Below, piece after piece: positions 38,787 through 51,936 of a DNA stretch of 64,000 nucleotides; the stretch's first letter is position 1, and the number at the start of each line of letters is the position of its first letter. Below the pieces are notes generated by a model, which ran no database searches, was not told the DNA's origin, and saw only the letters and a list, made by a program, of their open reading frames with translations. The DNA lies in NCBI GenBank assembly GCA_002269645.1, contig NIVC01001354.1:36147-100146 (forward strand). Direction: 5' to 3'. This stretch comes from Macrostomum lignano (Eukaryota). A program made the translations under genes and the position numbers.

Positions 38787-41700
38787 ATGAGCTCCAACAC
38801 CAGCAACCTGAGCTGCGGCAACATCACTGAGTACACACCCGCCATCGGAGTCCAGGAGGTGGTGCACATCAGCCTGCAGAGCCTCATCTTCTGCTTCGGC
38901 CTGGCCGGCAACCTGATTCTCCTCTCCATCATTGTGAGCCAGAGAAACCTGCGCACCACGCCCAACCTGTTCATTAGCAACCTGGCGGTGGCCGACTGCA
39001 TCTACCTGCTGCTCTTCGTGCCCTGCGACATCGCCAGCAACTTCGGCTTGCAGCTGCCCACCGTGTTCTGCAAGACTCTTTACTTCTGCCGCATTCTCAC
39101 GGTCGGGGTGTCCGTCTACACCCTGCTGGCTATGGCGATTGACAGGTGAGCCGCGCTCCCAGCAGCAATGGCGACCCCCATAGCGCTTGTTATCGATTTG
39201 AAGTTGATTTTGTGTCAGCGAGGTCTGAGCAGGGAGTATTGAGTATCGAACCTGTTTGAAGATTCAATCAGTTATGCCGAATCAGATTCAACACTTAGCT
39301 AGTCAACGCGGGAGCTGTCAATCATGACACTGATAATCTTGACAGCCACAGACTGAGGCAAATTCAAGCCACTGCAATATCGCCAGCTTCTTCAATTCAA
39401 GGCAAGACTTGAGAAACCCGACACCAGTCTAACTCAAAGGTGTTAACAAATGACAAAGGCGGCGAAACGGGCAAATGCCCTCAAAGACTAGCGTACATGT
39501 AGAGTAGCTTTGAGAAAGCCTTTGCTTTTGAAATGTTTGGCAATCCCGGTTCCATGGCAACGGCAGCCAGTTTTGCCTAAACATCGGCAGACTAAAACAT
39601 AGTCGGCACCTGTAGTGTGAGCATCAGCGAATTCCGGCTAGCGGGCCACATGCCCTCTGGTCCGGAACTTCACAATAGCAATTCGGCCCGCTCAAGGTTT
39701 GTGTCTTCTCAGCTCTCTTTTCATTTTTCTCCCCTCTCATTTCTCATCTCCTCTCTCTCTCTGGCCCGCATTCATGCGCTTAGATTCTATATCTGGTCCT
39801 TAAATTAAAGATGTTTGCCGACCTTTGTCATAGAGCGACTGTAGGCGGATACGAAGGCCAGAATGAAAGCATGTCGAGAACCAACACTTGCCCGGTTTGA
39901 GTCCCCTTACCAGGTTTTCAGGACGCGGTCCCTCGCTCAATACGCGGATATTTTTCAATCCACTTCGACTTCCCCCTTCCTCCATTCCGTGGGACGCGGC
40001 TCCCAGGCATTGCCCAAACAGGAAAAGTCTTGCATTCCACGAGAGGCGGCGACGAGGGCGTCTTTCTGTGGAAAAAGTCCCATGCTCAGGGGCTGCACTG
40101 TTTGCTGTAGACAGCGGCGAGGCCGAGGCCGCGCGGACTTCCATGCTGCCTGCTTCAAGTGTCAGCTTATCGTGTTATAATTTATATGGGCTGCAGGCAA
40201 ACACTCGAAACCCGCTGGGAGCTTTTTGCACTGGGAGATCTGGAGATCTGGAGTGCGCGGACACTCCACAGCTGATCAGCTCATCAGGAGGATAGAATTA
40301 TCAAAGAAAGTAATTCCACTGCTCAAAAAAAGATAGCTCGTACAGAAGTTTATCTTCAAAATCAATACTGAGTCATTTAGCCATCCCACGGAAGGTCCAG
40401 AGGGGGAAACCGCGTCTGATTCACAGAGTGTGCACTGCCTGACAATGAGAGAAAGTCAGGGCTGCTGCAGTGTGCACCCTGTGTGAGAGCGCGTGCTCAG
40501 GGAACAGCCGCCTCGATGCTTGCACTCAGTCCCGCAGTCCCTCACTTGCAGGAGGCACTACACAGAATAACCCCCGCGACTCTGTGAAACCCTGCAAGTT
40601 GAAGAAGTAGTCTCTAGGCTGCATTAGTCAGCTGTGCTCACAAACTGTTGGCTTCATTTTAATGCAAAATCGTCTCAAAATAAATTTGTCAAACAAGATC
40701 AATTGTTGTCGGGGGCTGCCTAGTTTTCTTCTTAGCAAAGCCGGGCCAATGAGTGCACAGCAACTCGCCTCTCTGCAAGCGACAACCTTGAGTAGCAGGG
40801 AGAGGCCCACCCAGCAACTCAGGTGTCAGGCGGGCATCCGCTCTGCGCGTACAGACGCTGCACTCGCGTGGAAAACTCTGATCTTTTGAAAAACATGTTT
40901 TTTCAAACCCATCGGTTGTAAACACGGATGAAGGGCACGGCAGCTCAGATTGATTGATCAACAAATGCTGATTGACTCCGCCGGCTTGATTGATAAGCTT
41001 GGCGCGTGGTGACTAGAGAGTAAACAGACTCTGCCAGATTTAGAAGTGCATTTCACCTTGACAGCAGCCCCCCCGATGCCGGAAAATATCTGTTCCATAA
41101 TCCGCGCCTCATCCGAGACTAGAGAAATTGGAATGAAGACAGCAGAGCCGGCAACGGGGGAAGCCCTGAGGGGAGAGCGAAAATAATTGCAGTCACAAAA
41201 TCCCCGCCGAGCGGAGCTGTCAGCAACAAGACGAAAAAAACAACAAAAAAGCAGAGACTGATGCTCAACATCTCGAGGAACAGCTGTACTGCATCGCAGA
41301 AGGATCTGCCAATGGGATGCGGAGTCACGGATTCTGGATGGGATTGAAGTGTCTCGCAGATAACTGCAGCTATGCGGAGCTGAGACTGACGGATTCAAAT
41401 TAGTCTACTCAGACAGCGTTGAGTGAGCTTTGTAATGCTAATTGGGCCATGACGGTAGAGTGGCTCTTTGTATTGCTGAGCTGCAATTGCCGAGTGAAGA
41501 GCTTTTGAATTCGGGTTAAAAGAATTGGATTCTGAATGGATCGAAAATTTGAATGCAGCTGGCGCCAATTTGAATACAGCTGGCGCGAATTTGAATACAG
41601 CTAGCGCCAATTTGAATACAGCTGGTGCAGATTTAAATACAGCTAGCGCCAATTTGAATACAGCTGGCGCAGATTTAAATACAGCTAGCGCCAATTTGAA

Positions 41701-44700
41701 TACAGCTGGCGCAGATTTAAATACAGCTAGCGCCAATTTGAATACAGCTGGTGCAGATTTAAATACAGCTAGCGCCAATTTGAATACAGCTGGCGCAGAT
41801 TTAAATACAGCTAGCGCCAATTTGAATACAGCTGGCGCAGATTTAAATACAGCTAGCGCCAATTTGAATACAGCTGGCGCAGATTTAAATACAGCTAGCG
41901 CTAATTTGAATACAGATGGCGCCAATTTAAATACAGATGGCGCCAATTTAAATACAGCTGGCGCCAAAGTAAATACAGATGGCGCCAATTTAAATACAGA
42001 TGGCGCCAATTTAAATACAGCTGGCGCCAAAGTAAATACAGATGGCGCCAATTTAAATACAGCTGGCGCCAAAGTAAATACAGATGGCGCCAATTTAAAT
42101 ACAGCTGGCGCCAAAGTAAATACAGATGGCGCCAATTTAAATACAGCTGGCGCCAAAGTAAATACAGATGGCGCAGATTTAAATACAGCTAGCGCCAATT
42201 TGAATACAGCTGGTGCAGATTTAAATACAGCTAGCGCCAATTTGAATACAGCTGGCGCAGATTTAAATACAGCTAGCGCCAATTTGAATACAGCTGGCGC
42301 AGATTTAAATACAGCTAGCGCCAATTTGAATACAGCTGGCGCAGATTTAAATACAGCTAGCGCTAATTTGAATACAGATGGCGCCAATTTAAATACAGAT
42401 GGCGCCAATTTAAATACAGCTGGCGCCAAAGTAAATACAGATGGCGCCAATTTAAATACAGATGGCGCCAATTTAAATACAGCTGGCGCCAAAGTAAATA
42501 CAGATGGCGCCAATTTAAATACAGCTGGCGCCAAAGTAAATACAGATGGCGCCAATTTAAATACAGCTGGCGCCAAAGTAAATACAGATGGCGCCAATTT
42601 AAATACAGCTGGCGCCAAAGTAAATACAGCTGGCGCCAAAGTAAATACAGATGGCACCAAGCAAAGGCTACGGGGTGCCTGAGACATGGTAGGAACGTTG
42701 ATTTAAAGGCAGCCACCCGTGTCAAGCAAATGATTTAAGAAAAAAAATTTCGCTGACTGGCAAAATTCACTCTGATTTCTACCCAATATCGCCAGTTCGA
42801 CCTGTTCGACCCGTCCTCTCCGATACTCCGCACTGCAGATGCCTCGCCATCACGCGGCCGCTGTCAACGCTGAAGTCGTCACGGCCGAATCTGGTGCCAC
42901 GGCTCGGCCTGGGCGCCATCTGGCTGCTGGCCAGTAAGTCTCCGCTGCCGATCCCAACTCCTGTTGGGGACTGGGAGAATCTCATATGAGAATCGCCCCT
43001 CCTTAGAATCATTACGAAAATCTCATATGAGAATCGCCCCCTTCTTAGAATCATTGGAAGAATCTCGTATGAGAATCGCCTCCCCCCGTAGAATCATTAG
43101 CAGAATCTCATATGAGAATCGTCCCTCCGTAGAGTCATCAGCAGAATCTCATATGAGAATCTTCCCTCCGTAGAGTCATCAGCAGAATCTCATATGAGAA
43201 TCGTCCCTCCGTAGAGTCATCAGCAGAATCTCATATGAGAATCGTCCCTCCGTAGAGTCATCAGCAGAATCTCATATGAGAATCGTCCCTCCGTAGGGTC
43301 ATCAGGAGAATCTCATATGAAATTGCCCCCGTAGAATCATTAGGAGAATCTCATATGAGAATCGTCCCTCCGTAGGGTCATCAGCAGAATCTCATATGAG
43401 AATCGTCCCTCCGTAGGGTCATCAGGAGAATCTCATATGAGAATCGTCCCTCCGTAGGGTCATCAGGAGAATCTCATATGAGAATCGCCCCTCCGTAGAG
43501 TCATCAGGAGAATCTCATATGAGAATCGCCCCTCCGTAGAGTCATCAGGAGAATCTCATATGAGAATCGCCCCCCGTAGAGTCATCAGGAGAATCTCATA
43601 TGAGAATCGTCCCTCCGTAGAATCATCAGGAGAATCTCATATGAGAATCGCCCCCTCCTTAGAATCATTACGAGAATCTCATATGAGAATCGCTCCCACA
43701 TAGAATCATTAGGAGAATCTCATGAGAATCGCCCCCTCCTTAGAATCATTACGAGAATCTCATATGAGAATCTCCCCCCTCGTAGAATCATTAGGAGAAT
43801 CAAACCTTAAAAGCGAGTGCCTGTCGACACAAAATTGAAAAGTGCAAATGTTTCAGCATTCTTGCAGTTGCCATGACTCCCCCCAGCGCGTACAGAAGTC
43901 TGCCCGACGCGTCACAAAACCCCAGTTAGAGTTGCAGTAAAAAGCCATGTTCCTAAATATCCAGCCGCCTACCTGGCACTTCGCGTCTCTCCTGGGGGCG
44001 CGCAGCTTCGCACTTCATCAATTTTCCTAGCAGCTGACGCGATCGAGAAGCCGTGAAAAGCGCCAGTTAGCAGTGCATTGAATTTCGCAAACAATTTCCA
44101 ATGCAGCGCGCCTGAAAATTTATGTTGCTGAGCGCGAGAAATTCCACGCAAAGTTGTCTGGGGGATTTTTTACAGCAAACTTCAACTTGCAGCAGCATTC
44201 AAGCTCTCGTCAACATATTCACCGATTCTGTTGTGAATGTGAACAGAGCGAGTTGCCCTGTGGCTTGTCAGAAAGACATGTGACTGCCAGCCATGTGACT
44301 GCCAGCCATGTGACTGCCAGCCATGTGACTGCCAGCCATGTGACTGCCAGCCATGTGACTGTCAGCTATGTGACTGCCAGCCATGTGACTGTCAGCTATG
44401 TGACTGTCAGCCATGTGACTGCCAGCTATGTGACTGCCAGCCATGTGACTGCCAGCCATGTGACTGCCAGCCATGTGACTGTCAGCTATGTGACTGTCAG
44501 CTATGTGACTGTCAGCCATGTGACTGCCAGCCATGTGACTGTCAGACATGTGACTGTCAGACATGTGACTGTCAGCCATGTGACTGCCAGCCATGTGACT
44601 GTCAGCTATGTGACTGTCAGCTATGTGACTGTCAGCCATGTGACTGCCAGCCATGTGACTGTCAGACATGTGACTGTCAGACATGTGACTGTCAGCCATG

Positions 44701-47700
44701 TGACTGCCAGCCATGTGACTGTCAGACATGTGACTGCCAGACATGTGACTGTCAGCTATGTGACTGTCAGCCATGTGACTGCCAGACATGTGACTGTCAG
44801 CCATGTGACTGCCAGCCATGTGACTGCCAGACATGTGACTGCCAGACATGTGACTGCCAGACATGTGACTGCCAGACATGTGACTGCCAGCCATGTGACT
44901 GCCAGACATGTGACTGCCAGACATGTGACTGCCAGCCATGCGACTGTCAGCCATGTGAATTCAATGTGCTTCATTCACGCCTTGTTTACAAAAACGCTGT
45001 TCACACCAAGGCAGTGAATGGTTGATCTTAAGAATTTTTCACTGGGCCGCTGGGATTCTGGATCGATACAGCTGCTCTGCACTGGGCTGCGTGGTTCGAT
45101 CAGCCGGATCAGATTACTCGAGCTCTGATCGATGAGGCATCTGTCTTTTACAGTAGCCATCGCATTTTCCCTACTTACTTCGTTACTAAAATTCTTTTTT
45201 GTCGATTTGTGAAACCCGATCTCGAGGGTTTGATGAATCTGACTTGGACTGACGTTGCGAGAGGGCGCAGATCAAAACCCGGAAAATTTTGACTGGAATG
45301 CTGATACCCTTGTGAAGCCAAAAAATGGACACAAAAGGCGTTTAAACACCCCCGAGCCATGGCCAGTGCGCAGGCTGCTCTCTCCCATGGCTCCAAGGAC
45401 TGCTAAATCCACAACGATGACTCCCAAGGATCCTTGGATCGATAAAATAGGACTGTTGGGCTATAAAATTGTGAATTTAAAAGTATTTGAAAGTATTTGA
45501 TAGTTGATCTATAGGAAATTTATTCTTTGCAGTGTACAAAACACTAGCTTTGCCTTTGCAGTGTACAAAACACTGGCTTTGCAGTGTACAAAACACTGGC
45601 TTTGCAGTGTACAAAACACCAGCTTTGCAGTGTACAAAACACTGGCTTTGCAGTGTACAAAACACCAGCTTTGCAGTGTACAAAACACTGGCTTTGCAGT
45701 GTACAAAACACTGGCTTTGCAGTGTACAAAACACCAGCTTTGCAGTGTACAAAACACCAGCTTTGCAGTGTACAAAACACCAGCTTTGCAGTGTACAAAA
45801 CACCAGCTTTGCAGTGTACAAAACACCAGCTTTGCAGTGTACAAAACACCAGCTTTGCAGTGTACAAAACACCAGCTTTGCAGTGTACAAAACACCAGCT
45901 TTGCAGTGTACAAAACACCAGCTTTGCAGTGTACAAAACACCAGCTTTGCAGTGTACAAAACACCAGCTTCGTAGTGTACAAAAGAAAATGTTTGTTAAG
46001 TTTTGGAGCAGAGCAATTAAACAAAGATTTTCAATAAAATTTAGGTCTCAATGCAATTAACGCAATCCTTGCTCATTAATTAATGAAAAACTCGCTTTTG
46101 AGGTTGTTTTGAAAAATAATAAAATTTTATGAGCACCAACTGAACCTCAGGCAATTAAAGAAAGCGCAAATACCTACCCAGCTATTCCCTAATGAGGCAA
46201 AAAATCCAAATGCATTCGTTGCTTAATCCAGGTACTTTGTTGATTCTGCTTATCTCTCTGTGTCATGCGCGTTTGCATCGGGGGATTCTGTTCCAGGATT
46301 TAGCATAGGTGCAAATACCTGCCACCCAGGATCCCAGGATTTAGCATAGGTGCAAATACCTGCCATCCAGGATCCCAGGATTTAGCATAGGTGCAAATAC
46401 CTGCCATCCAGGATCCCAGGATTTAGCATAGGTGCAAATACCTGCCACCCAGGATCCCAGGATTTAGCATAGGTGCAAATACCTGCCATCCAGGATCCCA
46501 GGATTTAGCATAGGTGCAAATACCTGCCATCCAGGATCCCAGGATTTAGCATAGGTACAAATACCTGCCATCCAGGATCCCAGGATTTAGCATAGGTGCA
46601 AATACCTGCCATCCAGGATCCCAGGATTTAGCATAGGTGCAAATACCTGCCATCCAGGATCCCAGGATTTAGCATAGGTGCAAATACCTGCCATCCAGGA
46701 TCCCAGGATTTAGCATAGGTGCAAATACCTGCCATCCAGGATCCCAGGATTTAGCATAGGTGCAAATACCTGCCACCCAGGATCCCAGGATTTAGCATAG
46801 GTGCAAATACCTGCCATCCAGGATCCCAGGATTTAGCATAGGTGCAAATACCTGCCACCCAGGATCCCAGGATTTAGCATAGGTGCAAATACCTGCCATC
46901 CAGGATCCCAGGATTTAGCATAGGTGCAAATACCTGCCATCCAGGATCCCAGGATTTAGCATAGGTGCAAATACCTGCCATCCAGGATCCCAGGATTTAG
47001 CATAGGTGCAAATACCTGCCACCCAGGATCCCAGGATTTAGCATAGGTGCAAATACCTGCCACCCAGGATCCCAGGATTTAGCATAGGTGCAAATACCTG
47101 CCATCCAGGATCCCAGGATTTAGCATAGGTGCAAATACCTGCCACCCAGGATCCCAGGATTTAGCATAGGTGCAAATACCTGCCATCCAGGATCCCAGGA
47201 TTTAGCATAGGTGCAAATACCTGCCATCCAGGATCCCAGGATTTAGCATAGGTGCAAATACCTGCCATCCAGGATCCCAGGATTTAGCATAGGTGCAAAT
47301 ACCTGCCATCCAGGATCCCAGGATTTAGCATAGGTGCAAATACCTGCCATCCAGGATCCCAGGATTTAGCATAGGTGCAAATACCTGCCATCCAGGATCC
47401 CAGGATTTAGCATAGGTGCAAATACCTGCCATCCAGGATCCCAGGATTTAGCATAGGTGCAAATACCTGCCATCCAGGATCCCAGGATTTAGCATAGGTG
47501 CAAATACCTGCCATCCAGGATCCCAGGATTTAGCATAGGTGCAAATACCTGCCATCCAGGATCCCAGGATTTAGCATAGGTGCAAATACCTGCCATCCAG
47601 GATCCCAGGATTTAGCATAGGTGCAAATACCTGCCACCCAGGATCCCAGGATTTAGCATAGGTGCAAATACCTGCCATCCAGGATCCCAGGATTTAGCAT

Positions 47701-49628
47701 AGGTGCAAATACCTGCCATCCAGGATCCCAGGATTTAGCATAGGTGCAAATACCTGCCATCCAGGATCCCAGGATTTAGCATAGGTGCAAATACCTGCCA
47801 TCCAGGATCCCAGGATTTAGCATAGGTGCAAATACCTGCCATCCAGGATCCCAGGATTTAGCATAGGTGAAAATACCTGCCATCCAGGATCCCAGGATTT
47901 AGCATAGGTGCAAATACCTGCCATCCAGGATCCCAGGATTTAGCATAGGTGCAAATACCTGCCATCCAGGATCCCAGGATTTAGCATAGGTGAAAATACC
48001 TGCCATCCAGGATCCCAGGATTTAGCATAGGTGCAAATACCTGCCATCCAGGATCCCAGGATTTAGCATAGGTGCAAATACCTGCCATCCAGGATCCCAG
48101 GATTTAGCATAGGTGCAAATACCTGCCACCGCCCGCAGCTGCCCTCGCCGTGCCCTACGCTGTCGGCTCGCACATCGAGACCAACCTGCACCAGCTTCCG
48201 CATGGCAACTGCCTGGCCGTGCGCAGCTGCTTCCCGTTCCCCAGGGAGTGGGGCTCGGGCTACAGCCGCGCCATGCGCATCCTCAAGCTGCTGGCCTACT
48301 ATGCCGTGCCCGGCCTGCTCACTGTGCTCTTCTACGGCCTCATGGCCGGCCGGCTGCTCCGCTCGGCCAGGCAGCACGGCCAGGCCAACAGCTCAACGGC
48401 CGGCCAGGCCGAGGGTCGCCGGAAGCTGGCCAAGCTGGTGCTGTGCCTGGCCCTCGTGTTCTTCATCGCCTGGGGACCGGATCACGCTATCACGCTGTAC
48501 TTTTTCATGGCTAAGCAGGTTAGCGGCTCGTTCCTGCGATTCAAGATGATTGCGAAGGTGAGTGGCGCTGGCACTTTGAGTTAACTGGTGGGGCACCAAC
48601 TTGCAATCGCGAGGCTTCGAATTGCAAAGTTGAATGTCCGTTTCAAAATTGAATTTGAAGAGTTGTCCATTTTATGACTGGTGTCCATGTCCACTTCTAG
48701 ACAGGTGTCCACTTCAAGACAGGTGTCCACCTTAAGACAGGTGTCCACTTCAAGACAGGTGTCCACTTCAAGACAGGTGTCCACTTCAAGACAGGTGTCC
48801 ACTTCTAGACAGGTGTCCACTTCAAGACAGGTGTCCACCTTAAGACAGGTGTCCACTTCAAGACAGGTGTCCACTTCAAGACAGGTGTCCATCTTAAGAC
48901 AGGTGTCCACTTCAAGACAGCTGTCCACTTCAAGACAGGTGTCCATTTCAAGTCAGCTGTCCACTTCAAGACAGAGTTGGCCACTTCAAGACAGCGTTGT
49001 CCAATTTAAGACAGATGTCCACTTTAGAGCTGAATGTCCACTTCAAGACACAGTTGTCCACTTTAAGACACATGTCCATTTCAATACAGATGTCTACTTT
49101 AGGACAGAGTTGTCCACTCCAAGACAGGTATCCACTTTAGAGCTAATGTCTGCTTCAAGACAGAGGTGTCCGCTTCAGGATGGCAGGTATCTACATGTAC
49201 TTCCAGAGAGACGTATACTCGCTTAGGCGGGGACATCAGTTCAAGACGCGGAGAGGCATTCAAAATTTGTTGAATAGAGCATCAGCAAATGCTTGACGAA
49301 GCTCCGACTCTGCAACCGCCCGCAGCTGCTGCCATCCGCCTATTCGGCCAGCAACCCGGTGACTCTGTGCATCATCAGCAAGCGCTTCCGGGCTCACTTC
49401 CTCCAGGTGATCACCTGCGGCAGGCGGGCCGTCAATGAGGGCGGTACAACTGGCGCCGGAACCCAGTACCGATCTGGCGCCGGGTGCCGCGCCGGTCGGG
49501 CCGGCCGAAACTCGACGGCTCTGCTGACGAGCGTGGGCGGTGGTGGCGCGGCGGCAGCTGCTTCTGAAAAGGCAATTCCGCTGCTGCCAATTCGCGGCGA
49601 TGGCAGGCGGGAATCCCGCGACTACTGA
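38787..49628 (+). CDS. Rhodopsin-class neuropeptide GPCR, bombesin/CCHamide/endothelin-receptor-like, 391 aa, 4 exons
   Basis: join(38787-39145, 42839-42933, 48139-48557, 49326-49628) = 1176 nt, phase-consistent. GLAGN (TM1), PNLFISNLAVAD (TM2), GVSVYTLLAMAIDR (TM3), YYAVP (TM5), RRKLAKLVL..FFIAWGPDH (TM6), SNPV..IISKRFRAHF (TM7/H8). Confidence 0.88.
41545..42660. repeat. 21-bp minisatellite (AATTTGAATACAGCTGGCGCC)n with a 462-bp higher-order period, GPCR intron 1
   Basis: Variant blocks alternate A-B-A-B; a marker variant recurs at 41901 and 42363. Confidence 0.93.
42975..43802. repeat. 41-bp minisatellite containing palindrome TCTCATATGAGA, GPCR intron 2
   Basis: Direct repeats, 41-nt period. 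Confidence 0.92.
44278..44957. repeat. 15-bp minisatellite (CATGTGACTGCCAGC)n, GPCR intron 2
   Basis: About 45 units. Confidence 0.94.
45525..45985. repeat. 23-bp minisatellite (TTTGCAGTGTACAAAACACCAGC)n, GPCR intron 2
   Basis: About 20 units. Confidence 0.94.
46294..48130. repeat. 41-bp minisatellite (CCAGGATTTAGCATAGGTGCAAATACCTGCCATCCAGGATC)n, GPCR intron 2
   Basis: About 45 near-identical units ending ~8 nt before the acceptor at 48138. Confidence 0.96.
48690..49190. repeat. 18-bp minisatellite (GTGTCCACTTCAAGACAG)n, decaying 3', GPCR intron 3
   Basis: Direct repeats. Confidence 0.9.
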
Positions 49629-51035
49629 GAAGCAGCGGACTGACCGAGAGCACATTGCTCACTTTTTCTCTGTACTATGACAAGCGGAACTTTGAATGCC
49701 AGATTGTAATTACAGGGCGTTCATGTTTCTCCGAGTAATAATTAGGGCGCCACGATGGACTTCTGGGGCGGCCCGTGACATTGCGGCACCTCCTGACGCC
49801 CAGCAGCAGCCGAAGCGGCAAACTGAACCATAGGCTTAAGGGTGTTTGATTTATGGTTTGCGCCCGCAGTGAGCAAATGCTCCTCAACTCTACAAACCTA
49901 TGCATGATGAAGTTTTCGACGATGTGAATTTATAATAGCACCCCCTCGCTGCTTGTGCGATCTTTTAGGCAAAAAAATGCTATATTTGACATGCATACGT
50001 GAATTAATAGTTGCAAGACTGTAATTACATTAGCCGGTCAAGTGAGTGTCCGGCATCTGCACATGCACATTTCGATGCTGATGTCCCTAAGGAGAGAGGG
50101 TTTGCTGGCACCATGCTTAAACTTTGCTTACGCTGTATATCATTATCGGCAGTTTTATAAAAGACAAAAAACCCGTCTCGAAACCCTCATAATTATGAGA
50201 ACGAGCTGATGTCCCACTGCTTCGAATATTCGTCCATAAAGTCACAAAAAATGACTCGTATTCATGTGCATGCAACCGAATCTATATAGGACAACTGTTG
50301 TACTGCAGTAACTTGTCGAACTTGCAATTCTATATACTTTTGCCCTCGTTTATTATTGTCCTTCAATGCCCTGCATGCTCTACTTGAGGACACCGGCGCA
50401 CAGTAGCGCTAAACGACTATGTTTATGATTATGAATTTTTGATAGCACTTTGAGCACCGAAACATCAGCACTAATTGATGGACGATTTTTCCCATCGATT
50501 CAATTCTCTCCATCCATATTTTATGCTGCTGCGCCCGAACACAGACGCGACATCCAGACTTCAAAGTGCTGCGCGTTGCTCGATCTCTGCGATGAAGGAC
50601 GCGAAACCCAATGATCTGCTATTCCTACTAGCGAACCAAACCATTCACCTCTTCGCTTACAGACACAACAGACAGACTGACATGCACCCCACAATGATAA
50701 GCGTTATTACTAAATTATAAATAGTTATAGAATCGCACCGCTTTCACTGACACCGCACAACAACAGCAGCTTCGACAATAAAGACAAGCACAAATAACAA
50801 AAACTATTATAATTTGAATTATTTAAGAAATTCAATTTACACAATTAATGCAGTTTGCTTTGATTTTTTCAATTTGTATTTTATTCTACGCACTATCGTT
50901 CAGTTTTGTTTAAAAAATGCAACAATTTTTTATATACGCATAACTATGGATGGACAGGGGGGGGGTTTCTAACAGAAAAACCAGCTGATTAATCCCTATA
51001 AACATTCCTCAATCAAAGCGAGGCAAGGCAAAACA

Positions 51036-51139
<104 letters not shown>

Positions 51140-51645
51140 GGATTGACGATGTCTGCTAACAAGCACGTAATATTAACCTAATTGGGAATTAATATGACTG
51201 ACACCGTGGTGCCAGTTAGTAGCGGGTTTTACACATTGGGAGTCAAAATTTGTTAGCAAAATATCTGCTGCCGAAGCTGCATTAAGCTGTGGCAAAGTTA
51301 TCATTTATGATGTATGGGGTGCCAACTTTGGAATCATAGGGCATTTTCAGCTGTCTGTCTGTCAGTCTGTTTATCTATCCATCTATCTATTCGGAAGTCG
51401 GGCCAAACCAAAAGTCGCGTTTTGAGGCAGTTTACCCTGACAAAAGCCACATAAAAACTATTTTTAGAAGGCCGATATTGAGAATGTTGAGCGACCCATC
51501 TAGACTGGTGTATAGCCTATATGCGTGTTATATTAGTCGGGTATAGCCCCTGGCAATGCTACCCATACAATCAATTGGTTGGGAAAAAAGTTAAACAAGT
51601 CAGTATTAGCGGCTTCCATCAGCTGGCAGGCAATGCGCCGGCTAA

Positions 51646-51936
51646 TCACGTGACCACAGGCCGCAACGGATCGGCCTGCAGCCGGCTCAAGTCCATGCGC
51701 CTCTCAACCTCGGGATCGAGCTCCCCAACCAGACTCACATTGTCGCCACGGATGACATACAGGCCGAGGGGAACAGCCTCCACGGGACTGTTAGCTGAGA
51801 ACACTCTCTCGACTGAGTCCTCTAGGATCAAGTTGATGGCATTGTCAAAGCCACGGAGGATGCCAATGATGACACGGCCATCAGCCGTGATCACTGACAC
51901 CTGCTGTTTAATCATCGTCTCCAGCAAGGTTGCCAT
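51646..51936 (-). CDS. LSM8: U6 snRNA-associated Sm-like protein LSm8, 96 aa, intronless CDS
   Basis: VSVITADGRVIIGILRGFDNAINLIL (Sm1) and VEAVPLGLYVIRGDNVSLVGELD (Sm2), with the LSm8-type tail ADPLRPVV. Confidence 0.95.
   Translation of the reverse strand: MATLLETMIKQQVSVITADGRVIIGILRGFDNAINLILEDSVERVFSANSPVEAVPLGLYVIRGDNVSLVGELDPEVERRMDLSRLQADPLRPVVT

Noticed and set aside
24757-48130. CRISPR-like arrays (186-bp and 41-bp repeats)
   Set aside because: There are no unique spacers and no cas genes, and the context is eukaryotic with spliceosomal introns.
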